From Eledone cirrhosa (taxonomy: Eukaryota): a stretch of DNA of 64,000 nucleotides. Position numbers and translations under genes: made by a program. Under the pieces are notes generated by a model. That model ran no database searches, had not been told where the DNA came from, and was given only the letters and a program-made list of their open reading frames with translations. The DNA lies in assembly GCA_964016885.1 (NCBI GenBank), contig OZ024746.1:13454001-13518000 (forward strand), given 5' to 3'. Positions 13,427-38,214 of this stretch are shown one piece after another. Position 1 is the stretch's first letter, and every line of letters starts with the position of its first letter.

Positions 13427-16400
13427 GTATGTATGAATTGATTGTTTAGCTAGAATTATGTGCTGATTAACGTTTTTATATTATTTAACTCATCTATGAT
13501 TTCTATTTTATAATATACATAACCATAAATGTAACTAAGAATGTTTGTTAGTATGAATAAATTTTTCAAAATGGCGCCTTAGCTGTCAACAATTCTGTTA
13601 TAAATGCGAGATCTTTTTACTTCATTGTCTTTCTTTACCAAAACTCGTTTTCTCTTTACCATTTCCACTATTTGTTGTTCTACTTACGTTATGTAAAATT
13701 TGATAGTGGTGGACGAGCTCGTGCTGTGTTTTTCACTCCATTTACGAAAAACAAAAAAGCCCTGTTTGTAGTGGGGTGGTGGTGAAAGCGTGCTATACTT
13801 AATACTGCAGAATATTTCCAAGATGCGCCGAGACTGATTTTGATTTACCGCCTATTTAATAAAGTTTTTTTTTTCTTTCTGAAAACTTATCCACGAGGCT
13901 GTGTTTTGTAATTTCATATTATGCTTCATTTGATTGCTTTATTTGAAAATATATTTTCTTCAAATTTCGGTAAAATCCAGCACTCATCCTGCTTAAATTT
14001 ATCTCAATTTTAAGATCCAACAATAAACCGGCTTCTAATATGAAGTATGTCAAGCTAGTCGTCATCTCATTACGATCGTCTGGTTTCTTGCGCTTCTCTT
14101 GTAAATCCTATCTAATATTGTTTTATTTGTAACTTCATATCCCCTTTTATTTACCTTACCAATTAATATTTCATATATTCCTATTCAAACACCTTTCTCC
14201 CATATTTCAACTTAGTTCCAGTTTACAAAATTGGGACAAACTTTTAAATCTCCAATTAACCATATCAAATTGTATACATAGCAAAATACATGCTTAAACC
14301 CATTTTAATTTTAACGATTTACCAATTTCCTTAGATGAAATTGTTGCATATGCATCATGTTTAAACGAAATGTATCCTTATTTACGCCATGTGCTTCTCG
14401 TGATGAGCGGTTAATGCTTTAAGTTTGAACGTTAATTCTTTTCTACATTTTTTTCCATCTTTTCTAGCTTGGATTTGCGTTCATTCAACTATAGTGGACA
14501 TCTGACTGTTGCGAATTGTAGACTTTTGCGCCTTCCGAACATAACATGAGTGTTGATAACCTCGCAGTCAAACAAAGAGATGTACTTACTTTTAGATTTT
14601 CTTTATTGATGGAGATAAAGTGACACCAGTTCAATCAGGGTCATTTTTTCTCTCCTTGTATCTTCAAAATCTACTTTTAAAATAAAAAAAAAATAAATAA
14701 ACAAAAAAAAAAAGCATTGATTACAAAACAAGACAAAAAAAAAACAACAAAAAAACTAGGCAAATTTAAATTAATTGTCCCCACCTTATTTTTTAAAGAA
14801 GAATTCTCAAAAATACTTCGGTTATTTTTTCTCACATCTTTTGGCGGTAGGTAGCTGAAAGTTTTCGAAGCTCCGTATGTTTCGCTGAATATCCTAATTA
14901 TTGATTTCCATTTATTTACTGTGGTAATTGAAGGAAGTTGATTGTATAGTTTGTTGTTGGCTCGATTATTACAACAGTTACTATTTACAAAGGATCTTCA
15001 CGAGAACCGAATACTATATTCTACATCTGCAATGTCTGCTTTATAAGAACATAGTTCATCTTGTCATGCAAATGTCTTCGAAGCAACAAGGAAGGAAGAA
15101 AATTCTAAAATTTGTTACTATATATTTTAAAAGTTGTCGCAGGAAGGAGTGAATGTGAGGGTGGGGGATATTTTGAAATTATAGTTGATGATACATTATG
15201 TTTGTGTCTGGATCTAGTTAAATTTTAATGTCGTGTAAGAATTACGTAATCTCATTGACAATTTTGCGGTTATTTAAAAGTTGATATCCCTATATTATGA
15301 AACGGAGTGCTTTTCTGAACGATTTTTCTCATTGATGTTGAGTGGAACCTTTTTTTTTTTTATCATTGGTAACTTTATTGCCAATCCAGTCTAATATAAT
15401 ACAAATAATAGTATTTGTTTGTAATATATTTGTTAAGTCGCCAATAGTTTGTAAAAGAACTAACCCAATGTACTCGGAGAAGTTAAGATATAGTAAATTT
15501 AAGTTATATCATTTGTAGCAGTTGTTTCTTGTTTTAATCATTGTTTATAAACAAAGCATGTATAAGTTGGGATAACATTGAAATACATTTAACTTCTAGG
15601 TAATTTACAAGTATGATTTACATATTGATTATTAATATTTGAGTGATGATGATGAGTTGTATTTAGAAATTATTTATCATGTCCTTTTATTTTCTCATGG
15701 ATTGTTACATTCTAGAAATTGGGACTATAAAGCAAGTTTTGGATGTTAGAATATTAATATTGTAAATATGTGGGGACAACTACTATAACTAGACAATACT
15801 CAGTATGACAATTGATGTGTTTACCTATAAACTACTTTTAGTTTAAGGTAAAAATTTGAATCTATTGTACAAATGTCATTTCCAATTTAGACTGTATGCC
15901 CCCCTCTTTTAGATTATGGAGATTTAATTGTATTGTATCGAATTCTATAGAGGGGCAGCAACTCGTATCTAATGTATCGATTGGTAAAATGTAAATTTAT
16001 ATTCTTGACTACTTTTAAACATTTATTACAAACACTATCCCCACATTAAATTAATGAGGAATGACTAGAAAAGGAAAAACTACACAAATAGTTGAAACAG
16101 ATTTAATCCGATGTTTCCATTAGTTTTATGTTCATTTGTCTAGTTTTATAGTTAATATATAATATTTATATAATTGTATTTTTCTCTCAGTATATATTTT
16201 ATTCTGGGGTTTTCTCTCCTCATTTTGCCTTTTAATATCTTAAAAGACCATTCAGCTAATTGTTTTTCATTTTAAAATAATTTCAATATTTCATTCAGGA
16301 AAGATAACCAAGTAATTTTTACTATTAATCGTTCCAAGTATTTTCGTTTTTAAATTAAAATTTTTAAAGCTTATAATTAAAATACTGAGAAATTAATTAT

Positions 16401-16469
16401 ATATTCTTATTGGATTTTGTTAGAATTTAAAGCAACTTTTATTTTATATTGCAGGCTAAGCCGGAAGTC

Positions 16470-26984
<10,515 letters not shown>

Positions 26985-28250
26985 ATTACAAATGATTAAG
27001 TTTGTTTCAGCAATTTTTATGTCCACATTTTGTACAGTCAATCATCTTGTGTAGTGTCCTATAACAGTCTGTCTGGGATGTGTGGCAATTTTATTTGGCA
27101 GAGAAACTGGTACAAGAGCATGTTTTATTACAAATCACAAAAAAAAAAAAGATGAGTATTAATAGTTCATCTCTCAAAATTCATTGATATTGTCACGCCA
27201 ACTTCTTTCACCCCTATTGCTGTACCATTTTTGGATGAATGCTTTTCATTGTTATATGGAAATCCCTGCTGATGAAAGTGAATTAGGTCTTGTTTGTGCT
27301 CGGGAATGTAAGTAGGGACATTGCTGCTGCTGGGATTAGTGGTGTTCAAGCCAGCTTTAAATGCTGATATCCATATTACACAACCTACCCACTTAACTCC
27401 CCAGGAATTTATTGTATTTACCTTTTTTTACTTCTCTATCTTCATTCAACTATTCTTTTTAAACATTACTTCATTTAAAACAAATTTCACCTCCTTTATA
27501 AAATCTCTGCCTCTCTTTTTAGGCAAGGTAAGCAACTGATTTATTATAAGAATTGTCCACATTTGTAAGCTTTTAAGAAAGAACAGATTGATATATCAAA
27601 TATTTGACAATTAAAAATAAAAAAATAATTGAAGGTTTCAAGGTGGACTTTTTGCGGTCATGTACTTTATTTTTACAAAAGCTATTGTACTTACAACTTA
27701 TTAGATTTAATCATTCACGAAAGTTGTATATATCCATGTAACATATCTATGCCATTTTCTTTAGAGGCCGTTTCATTGTGATCATGACTCATCTGATTTC
27801 ATTATCAGTGACATACACTTGATGATTGTACAGTATACAACTGGTCCTACCAAGTAATGAGCTTGGTGTGGTTTGCTGCAAAGATTGTTAATTTGGTTCA
27901 AGTAGTAAATTACATAATATCTTATAAAAAAATAAAAAAAACGAAAATGTATTGAGAACTGTATGGGGGTAGGGATTTTAAAGTATCATGTCCCCAACTG
28001 TTTCTCATTCAACATTTTACTTGGATCACTAAGGAGGCTACAAGTATATGAATTCTCATTGTCATTAGTACCTTTAAGAATCTCATATTGAAAATTGCTG
28101 TTTGTACTGTATTGTTCATTTGTGATGACTTGCTGGATTAGGATGCTGTATGTAAACTTGCTAATTTCCTTGATTCATTACTTGTATTAGAAAATGGTAG
28201 TGCTCCCATGCCTGTGTCTCGTGAAATAAATGGATTTTAATCAAATTAAT
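26985..28250 (+). other. HP1: Probable HP1 3' UTR to a poly(A) signal
   Basis: TE-free, U-rich; AATAAA at 28225-28230 followed by a U-rich tract. Other AATAAA exist, so the end is uncertain. Confidence 0.5.
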
Positions 28251-31200
28251 TTCTCCTTCCCTTATTTACTTTTTTTATTCTAGCACTTGAAGTATTTGTT
28301 CTATTATTACAGCCACATTTATTTGTTTAGTTGTAATTAAGATGTTTAATATTAGAAAATGAAATGCATTATAATATAACGAGTTTCTGTTTGGCACTAG
28401 TTGATGTTAATATTAGCAGTGATTATTTCTTGACTTAATTTTGAACATGTTTTAACTAATCAGAGGCATGTTAAGAATAATACATATTTCTTTTAACTGC
28501 TGAAGTGGCATGTTTTCATCTTCATTTCAGCAGTATTTTGAAGCTAAATTATTTCAGTTGTTGCATGACCGTTTGCAATTTATATATATATATATATATA
28601 TATATAAATCTATACACATACACACACACACAAATATACACCTGTGCCAAACTGTTTCTTAAATATAAATGGCTGATTAGTTAAATGTGGTTGTGGGTCT
28701 TGTACAAATTATTTTGATTTAGCTTGTAACATTTACTTCTTGTGTCTAGATGCTATTAAGTATTAAGCCGATTGGTGTTTATATATTTCTGGTTTTCAAA
28801 CGACAAGGTTATAATTAGGTTCTATGTCCCTCTTCATTCCCTTGGCAGTTAACTAGTAGTTATTGTAAAAATGTTACTGTTAGTAGACATAATAGGATTC
28901 ATACAATACAATGTACTCAAATCACAACATTAACTGCTCTTGATGTAATAAAATTAAACGTCACAGACAGAAATTGTGTTTACTTTCATTATAAGAGTTT
29001 TCTCTAAATATTTTTTACTTCTATTTTGTAATTAAAGACAACCAAAATTAATAAAAGCTGTACTTTTATATGTAAGCAAAATGTTTCTGTAGCTTTATAT
29101 TTTCATTTTAAAATGTTCACAAGGTCTCTTGTTCAGAATGTCCTGTTAAGTTTTTAAAATTTATACAATAAGACATTACAAAGCTGGTCCAGTGGGAGAT
29201 GCAATCCTTTTATTTGAGAGAGTTCAGGCATTTAGAAGAATTTAAGTTAAAACTCTTGGTACTGTAATATTTGAAGTATTTAATAATTAAGATTGTTTCT
29301 TTGTTTAATGTTATGGTTTCTAATTGAAGAAGGGGCAGTTGTTCACTGTAATTGCTCTAGCGCATTTAAAATACCGTGGTTTAATTTTTTGTAATTCTGT
29401 TTTTTTTTTCCAACACGCTTCTTCAAGTTTAGATGGATACTGTCTGAGTTATATATACATTTACAATTGTCATTTACTTTGTGCTAATTTCAGATCTTTT
29501 TGTGTTGGTTTAACAAGTCTAATATTTTGAAATAAGAGGTTATATTTTAATCTGCAAATCGTACTGGTCATCAACATTATGGTTAGTTTTTAGACGTCAC
29601 TGTACATGATGCTGTCTGCTTTTGTATATTTTTAAATATATTAAGTTCATTAGTTTTTACAAAACATTTTATCCATTAAAATATCCTAGATTTTTATCTG
29701 AACAGTACAAGGTATAAAGGGAAACAACTTTCTCTAATTACTTTTTTTAAATGTATGGTTGTTGAAAAAGGTTGATTTATTATAAGGATAAAGCTGAAAA
29801 TAAGTGAAGTAGATTTGATGGACACAATAATGCCAGTCATGCTCTATTATGGTTTAGTTTTGATTTCACCAGTTGTAATGTTGCTCATTTATTTCATTAG
29901 GTTTTAAAAATATCTCTAGCACAACTCACCCTTTCTTTCCTGGTTTGTTTCATGTTTTAGTTGATTTGTAGTTGGATGACTGTATTTGAATGTAATATAA
30001 GTTCATCTGAAGAATTGTACAAAATGAATTTTAGAATGTTATATAAATAGAATCAGAATGACTGACACATTGGATAAAGCATTCCTGGATACACTGCCTG
30101 ACAAAAAAAAAAAAACGATTTACTCAATGGTCATAATTAGAAATCATTTGATCATTGTGAAACTACAGCAGATTATAAATGTCTAATCTTTAACCCTCTT
30201 GATACCAAACCATCTGGAACTACCTTTTGGTTCTATGACTTATGTAAGAACTTTTGTTAAATTATGTTTTAAAACACCAGCTTAATAATGAGATTATATC
30301 GACAAATTCTGAATGATTTGCTTTATAAAATATAAAAATTAAATATTAAATTTTAGACAAAATTTTGTCGTTACATTTTGAAATTTAAGAAAGCATTATT
30401 TTCTTAGTAATCATGCAATTTTAACAGCCATCTCCTACGACCACATGGTTTATAGTTTGTTTTAATATTGGCTACATATCAGTAATATCCTTTGAAGAGA
30501 GCGTATTCTATTGTTTTCCTTTTTATAGATGGTTCTCTATTGGTTTTGATTTCTATTTAAATTGTTTACAGCTGTCTAAAGTTAAGCTGAATATCTATGA
30601 CCAGCTATTCGTTTGGTTTTGCATTAAACTGGTAGAAAGAAAATGAAAATCTACATTAATATTCTGTTTAAGATCTATTATTGATAAAATCTCAGCTGAA
30701 AAATTCTTTATATTCAGTCGTTTTCTTATGTTATTCCAAGACTGGTGCAGGAAAGGGAGGAAGCAACCAAAACTTGTAAATATCCAGAGCAGAGACTATT
30801 TGACTGCTTGTAACAGGGGTGCATGTTGGTAAAAGCATTGAAGAGGCAGGTGGTGGTACTGAATTAAGTGATGGATGAGGTCTATCTCACAATTAAGATC
30901 ATTGTTTTACATCTGCTTTTGCAGCACTGCAACTTCTCCACCCCCTAATTGCAGGCCTTAGCTCCAGCAATTTTGAGATCAGCTCTCACAACTTCCGCCC
31001 AAGTCTTCCTTAGTCTCCTGCTGGAATGTTTTGGCACTTCACTCATCGTCCATATTGATCACATGGCTACACCATATATTAAGTTGCTTAGTTCATATTG
31101 AGCATAAAGTGTGTTTGAGGGGTATTTAGCAGCTATAAGTGACTAAATAGAGGATCTCTTTTGGTCATCTATATGAGTGAAAACAGTAAAGTAGGGTCAG

Positions 31201-32988
31201 TTTATAATAGGCAGTTATTTCTAGTTATAGACTTGAAATGACTCAATGAATGGATACCATATTTGCTAATATAGCATGTCTTTTTCTTCAGAGAATCTCT
31301 AGTCCAATAGTTAATTCATTGCATTGTGCACAAGTGATTTTGTTAAGGTAGATTAATTTCATAATTCAAACTGGAATACATTTTAAACCATTTGGAGAAG
31401 TCTGTCTTGAGTTGAACAGTTTGTTAGAAGGTTATATCAGTTCATGCTGCAAGATAAATATGGTTATAGGAAGTATGGGGGAAATTATACCAGCAGAAAA
31501 TAAGAAGGATCAGTAACTTAGTGGTTGGGTGAAGATAACATCAGTAAAATAAATTAGAAGAATGTGAACAGATTCGGTAAATGTATAAAAATCGTTTTTT
31601 TCTTTTTAGAAATATTTGGTTTGGATTTGTTGCATTTACAAACATATATTGTATTAGCATTATTAAAGATGACTGGAAAAAGACTATCAAGTGGAAGTGA
31701 AGGCAAAATGAAAAAAAAGTCCATAAGGGCATGTTGTGTATTCAATTTCATCTTTTACAGGAGGAAAATGAAGCTATTTTGTGAAAACACTATATCAAAT
31801 AGCTACTCCATTAACTGGACATGGTATTTGATCAGATTAAATGTAATGTTTTGATAAATTTAATCTTTTAAACAAAGCTAAACTTTATTTCCTTGCCAAA
31901 TGTTATGTATACTGTAATGTATTGTTTTAAAATTTATATGCATAAAGTGATTGTATTGTTTGGTTGTTTTTCTAAAGTTCTGTTACAATACGTCTCAATT
32001 TCTTACATGGAAATCAATAGGAAAATGGGATTCATATTACAGAATTCCACATTATACTAGAGAGGAGTTTAGGTGGAAAAGCAAAGACTGATAAAGCGTG
32101 ACACCAGTTATGTGACAACTCATTTTATTCCAATCAAGTGAGATAAAGTTTCTTGCTCAAGGATGCAACTCACGATCCAGTCTTGGGATTGTGAGTCTAA
32201 CCACTAAGCCATGAACACTCAACCTTTCCATAGCTTAGAAGATTTATGTGTGCCATCATTTTACATCCATGCTTGCTTGCCTGGGTTGAACTGTTCATTT
32301 CCAGCAAATCTACCTGCCACTTCCATCTCTGTCAGATTCAGCTGTAACCATCTTTGCTTAAGATTTTCTCTGTCTTCCTTTACTCATGTTTCTTTCATAT
32401 TCATTACATGTCCAAACTAGTGCAGTCTTCTCTTTCACTTTGTGTTAATTTTAAAAATATCTATTAAGAAGGTAGATCAAGAATCACTGGATTGATTTGC
32501 CATGAGAATGGTGTCATTGTTGCCATTGTAAACTTGCAAATCCAAAAATTAATGAAGTAAAGAAATAGTGGGTAATGGCTAATTGGAAGGGAGTAATGGA
32601 CAAAAGGACCAAATAAATCCACATAGTAGCACAGTGAGAAGGGGATAGGGAATCGGGTAGAGGATTAGAGCAGTAGTATTTTTGAAAAGCCTGTTAGGAA
32701 ATGAAACTCTTGAACATATAGTATGTTGGGAGGAGAGTGGAGTATTGTGAAGAATCAGTTACAGAGAAACCAATTATATATTCTGTTGTCAGAATACGTT
32801 TCATTGTGTTACTTTTATGCTAGGGCAAAAAGTAAACTTTATTTATTTATCTTTTTATACAAAAGTAATCTTTAAATTCAAATCTATCATTTAGGAAAGT
32901 CATATTTTTGGCATTAGAGATTTTATTCCTACTATATATAGTTTACATTTCTGCAAATGTTCTCACTTCCATTTCGGAAGGTGATTAA

Positions 32989-33170
32989 CCCTTTAATGTT
33001 CAAACCGGCCAGAATTCTCTACCTCTTTCTGTTGAAACTGGCTGTAACTGGTCACTGAAACTGATGTTAAAGTACTGTTTTCAAAATCTCATAGATTCGA
33101 TATTACGTGAGATAAAGCTTTTACCATGAAAATATAATAGTATATATAGAGTAATGTGAATGCTAAAGGG
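32989..33170. mobile_element. piggyBac-type MITE, family A
   Basis: TTAA|CCCTTTAATGTT...AATGCTAAAGGG|TTAA, intact TTAA TSD. Confidence 0.9.
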
Positions 33171-33799
33171 TTAAAGACTTGAAGTAACAAAAAAGTGAGA
33201 ATATAAGCAACAGATGAGAACCAATATGACTGAGTATGAATGTATGGACTTGTTTTTTAAATATTCAAAAACTAGGATTAAGTTGGTATTTGGAACATAA
33301 TGTAACAAAGGTTTTTACATAAAATTATGATGGAAAGTTTTTAGATAAATATGAACAATTTAAAATAAGAGATTTTGTATCTTAAAATCATGGATGGTTT
33401 GGTATCAAAAGAGTTAAAAAGAACCTGGTTGGTGAACAGTATATATTGATTTTCTGTAACTGGGAATAGTGGAGCAATCATTATCACTGTTTAATGTCCA
33501 TTTTTCCACTCTAGCATGGGTGAGACAAGCCAGATCAGATGATCAGGTCTTGTTTATACATGACCACTTTAGAGTGTGAACTGGCCGCTTTTTATTGTAG
33601 CATCAAAACGACCACTTTACAGTGTCGGTTGGGATGTTAGGGAGAGGTAAGGGAAAGTGTTGCATACGAGATGTATTGCTTCAACCTTTGTACATGGGAA
33701 GGTGGGCCTTTTGTCTTACTGCATAACACCAGAGATCTTGATCCTGGGTATTCCTACTCCATAGCTTCCATCAACTTTGAACGCCCTGCACCTTTTTAT

Positions 33800-34160
33800 A
33801 CAGCTGTCATCCTTCATACACATCACATGTCAATACTGCATCTGTTCCTCTTATGCCCAGTTTCTCTCTCAGTTCATGTATATTACTATTACACATTCAT
33901 TGAAGCATGCCAGCTTCATTTCTTAACAAACTTCGCAAGTCCTCTGCACATAGCACCCATGTAACATTGCTGTTTGTATATATGCATTATACAATCTGCC
34001 TTTTATTTTGAGGGAAAAACCTTTTGTAGCTAGCAGCGGTAGTAGTTACCTGAACTTTTTCCATCCCGTTCTCACTCGGGCTACTTGTACTTTTGGTACA
34101 CTCACCTCCACTGCTAATTTGGTCACCCAGGTAACAGAAGCTGTCAATTGCTTCTATGGA
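33800..34160 (-). mobile_element. RTE LINE remnant
   Basis: Reverse strand reads IDSFCYLGDQISSGG..RVRTGWKKFR.LLPLL, as in the 59285-60855 copy. Confidence 0.7.
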
Positions 34161-34175
34161 AGCAAAAATAGTTAG

Positions 34176-34343
34176 TTAATTTGAGACATTAAAAAAAGAC
34201 ATCAGAGGTGATCTGTGCTTAATTTCAGACGTTAAAAAAATGACAGTTGATATGGGCTTAATTTGAGATGTTCAAATAAATCATCACAGGTGATTCGGGC
34301 TTAATTTGAGATGTTCAAATAAGTCATCACAGGTGATTCGGGG
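34176..34343. repeat. ~43-bp tandem repeat, ~4 copies (last two near-identical)
   Basis: GGGCTTAATTTGAGATGTTCAAATAA[A/G]TCATCACAGGTGATTC. Confidence 0.85.
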
Positions 34344-34622
34344 TTCTTGCGATAAGACAAGAATTAACAAGTTGCAGATAAATCCCATGTTAATATTATT
34401 TGGGTATGTTATATTATTTAGAATAATGAGAACTGTTGTAGTTGCCAGTTTCTTGTGAATTTAAATCTCCAGCATTTATTTGTATTCTCGTTAGGGACTG
34501 CTGCAGTTAGAATTTGTATAGCCACTCAAATTTTCTCACTATAAATCTTAATTTTCAAAATATTTATCGGATGTTTAATACATACTCTTGTTCAATCAAA
34601 CTGATTTATTGCATTTCATATA

Positions 34623-34815
34623 CTCTTTAGCATCTACATTACTCTATATTTAGTATATAGTTTTGCAGTAAAGGCTTTACCTCACATGATATCGAATCTA
34701 TGAGATTTTGATAACAATACCTTAACGTGAGTATGGTTGGCCAGTTATAGCCGGTTTTGAACAGAAAGAGGTGAGAGAATTCTGACTGGATATGGCCAGT
34801 TTAAATGCTAAAGGG
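34623..34815. mobile_element. piggyBac-type MITE, family A (reverse orientation)
   Basis: Ends TAAATGCTAAAGGG|TTAA; interior is the reverse complement of 55773-55978. Confidence 0.85.
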
Positions 34816-35257
34816 TTAAATTGAATTAATATACCATGGAATCATTTATTTAATTTCTACAACAGTATCTTAGTTAATGAAATAAGTAATAGCTGTGACA
34901 ATATTTCAATACTAATAATAAGCATATTTTGTTTAAATTGTCTTTTAGCATATATCAGCTTTCGTGAATCTATGAATATACCAAGGTAAATCTCTACATC
35001 AATATATTGTTTTATTTCCGAATAAAATAATTTCTAAAACCACCGTTAAATTGCCAATCCAACAGGATCATATGATTTCTGACTAAACCCTCTAATTGAC
35101 TAACAACTCCTACCTCTCCTTACTCTGGACTCCCTCTTAAAATCAGCACATTGAATGGTTTCAACAAAGCATCATTTATCCGAACACAAATACCAGTACA
35201 TTTGTATAGAGACACGAAGCTGTCTATTGATCTCATACTCCTGCAGAACCTTCCACA

Positions 35258-35445
35258 GTGTGGTTAGAATGTCTCGGGGAAATAATTACTGGACAGATAT
35301 TGGTAAAACCAACTGGCAAGTCAACCTCGAACAAGATGATTGGATAACATCCGTAAACCAAGCTGGATCAATTGGAGACAGTTACCTCTGACATGACCCA
35401 CTGGAAGGCATGCTTGAGGACTCTACTCTCACGACCCTCAGAGAC
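35258..35445 (+). mobile_element. RTE (Expander-like) 3' end
   Basis: Homologous to 11205-11437. Confidence 0.75.
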
Positions 35446-35589
35446 AAAAGAAGAATCCTTCACAACCCAATTCCACAATTTCCAAACAGCTTAAATTTCC
35501 TTCTCTATTTTCATTTGCGTCAATAGTGAAGTGTGGAAATTAATATTAAACTAACGTTGAACACTCCTGACACTAAATTTAATACCTTA

Positions 35590-36470
35590 GAGCAGTCCCC
35601 ACTTTAATATCCCTAGCTCTCTAGATAGATTATAGAACCACAAGGAAGTATGTCCCATTGTCAAGAAAGGTAACCAATAATTGATGCTGCCAACTTCTGA
35701 TCCATCACCCTCACAATATCTCAGAATGAGAGAAAGATAACAGAAGTAAATAACCACTTTATTTGTCACATAGTCTTTTTCTCTTGTCACCACGACGACT
35801 ATGGTTTCCATAGTATCGTTTCTACTGGATATATGGATAACATTTAAATATCAGTTGTCTTTCACTTTGTAGGACTTTAATGAAAGAAAAGTAGTCTCCC
35901 TTGATCACCAGTCTTAGAATGTCTCTGGCTTGAGAATTTCAATTAGCAATTTCCTGTGCATTCTATGTTTTACCATTTATGATGAGTAGGTTCTCTACAG
36001 TAACCATCTTGCTGTTAGTTCTAGCTGTGTATATATGCTCCAATGCAGACAATACTATCTGTCACTTTTCAGTAGCCTTTACACAACTGTGATGATGTCA
36101 TCCACAGACATAGACTTGTGCTACTTCAATAAACATCCTCTACACTTCAAAGAAATGTGATAACGAATAAACTCTCAAGAAAAATCCCTTGTGGTTTATT
36201 TCAAGTTGAACAGACAACCTGAAACCAGTGATTGGTTCATGGAAACTTATAACCAATAATAGATGGCATTGTTCACAAAATACAAGATATATAAAAAGAT
36301 CACGATATTTGTTCTAAATTCCATTCTGTATTCCCATCAACAAAACACTCTCTTCAACTTCAAGTGTTGAAACTATTCAGAGGTCATTTCATCCCCAAAA
36401 TAACATCCATCCGTCTTAATGGTTTTCCTAATAAAATCCTCTAATGGTGTCACCTGAACAGTCTACTAGC
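35590..36470 (-). mobile_element. Very decayed BEL/Pao-like pol remnant
   Basis: Reverse strand gives SMSVDDIIT (YVDD-like) then FLDNGTYF (integrase SDNGTNF-like). Confidence 0.4.
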
Positions 36471-37224
36471 CTCAACAAACTCTACAGATATCTACAACAA
36501 TGTATGGAATAGTTCAATAGTATCTTTGTTTTAGTATCCTTCTCTTATTTTTTCTGTAAATAATTTTCTCATTCTCATTTCTGCCCGCAAATATATGATA
36601 CCACTAATTTTTCATACACAGGCATTATCGCTGTTTAACATCTATTTTCCACACTTGCATATGTTGAGAGGCTACCATGGACTGCGACTAGACTGATCTT
36701 ACTCCATTTTTTGGCTTGTTTTCTATGGCTGGATGCCCTTCCTAATACCAAACCCTTTACAGTGTGTACTAGGAGCATTTTACATAACTCCAGTGCTGCC
36801 ACCTTATAGGGTATACTGGGTGCATCAGCACCACCTTTCAGAGTGAACTGGGTGCTTTTAGTCCGTTTTGTTAAGGCTTATAAATACTATGTACACTGTC
36901 TTTTCTTCTTGGATTAAAATATAAAAAGATTTAATAGTTTAAACTCAGGAAGAAAGTATATTCAGATAAAAACCACAACATAAACAAAAAGATTTTACTT
37001 TCAAATTCTTCATTGTTTATTTTTCTTTCTCAATAATAAACATAAAATTACTTGTCTGACAGGAGACTTCAAAATATCTACTCGAGGAAGACTGAATAGA
37101 ATTAATAAAAATTGGTTTCTCCAAATTTTAGGCAATCAATTAATTTTATAGATTATTTACCAGTTAAAGGCAATATAGAGTTATTATTACATTTAATAAC
37201 ACTGGCTTGAAAATATTTAGGGTT

Positions 37225-37540
37225 TCATCATCATCATCATTTCATTTTACGTCCACTTTTCCCTGCTTGCAAGGGTGGGGCGGGAACTGATTCTGGCTGG
37301 ATGCCCTTCCTAACACCAACCTCTGGGTCCTTTTTTTTGCCATGGCACCTCCACGACCACTTTGCAGTGGAATGATAGGGACCCCAGTCCCTATCATCTC
37401 ATTTCTACAGCTGAGTAAACTGGAGCACTGTGAAATAAAGTATCTTGCTCAAGGAAACAACACATCACCCGGTCTGAGAATTGAACTCACAACTTTTCGA
37501 TTGCAAGGCCAATGCTCTAACCACTAAGCCATGTGCCTCC
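37225..37540 (-). mobile_element. tRNA-derived SINE
   Basis: Reverse strand head GGCACATGGCTTAGTGGTTAGAGC (A box), GAGTTCAATTC (B box), body 'gtttccttgagcaagatactt', (GAT)n tail. Confidence 0.9.
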
Positions 37541-38214
37541 ATTTTCTGTACTAGAAACGTGTAATTAGAAATGGAAACAAAAATCGAAGAAATGTTATGT
37601 TTATAACCATTTTTTATTAAATGTTAAAAAACAATTCACAAAAAAAAAAAAACGAAAAATAAATTACCATTAAGGCAAAACAATATAATATAAAAAAAAT
37701 TGGACAGGACGGCTACTTGAGGTGGTATTTTGTACATAGAAATACTTGAAGCACAGAAATCACAACATTCCACTTGAATAGTGTTGGATCAATTTAAAAT
37801 CAATGCATGTCTGTTAAAAATTATAAAAACTACAGTGAAGTGACAAATGGTACATACCTATAGGTTTTATCAGCTGGTACCTTGTACCTGAATCTGTGTA
37901 TATCTACTTAATGACTTGTGGAAAATTGTTTTCTCTTGTAAAATTAGAACATCTCACAGGAGAATTCTGTGCTGCATCACTTTACATTACAAATGTTATT
38001 AGTTCTTTCTCACTGATGTAGGAAAAATCCATGAAGTATTTTCTGTTTTTTTTAGAACAGGAGGGAATAACTCAGCATTGAAGGGACATAATCTCACTCT
38101 GTCAGGATCAACTTTGTTATACATTAAATACAATTATCACAACAATCCACTTTGAAATATTTGTAAAAAGTTCATTATACGTACATTATTAAATGCACAC
38201 ACACACATAAATCA

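Noticed and set aside
14372-14379. U12 donor GTATCCTT in HP1 intron 1
   Set aside because: No exon or branch motif associated; expected by chance in 64 kb.
14400-14505. C/D snoRNA (GTGATGA..CTGA); also a minus-strand candidate at ~40165-40290
   Set aside because: No convincing terminal stem or rRNA complementarity recognised.
37480-37540. tRNA gene (also 42590-42640 and 43095-43155)
   Set aside because: A/B boxes are SINE heads that continue into repeat bodies; no intact cloverleaf seen.
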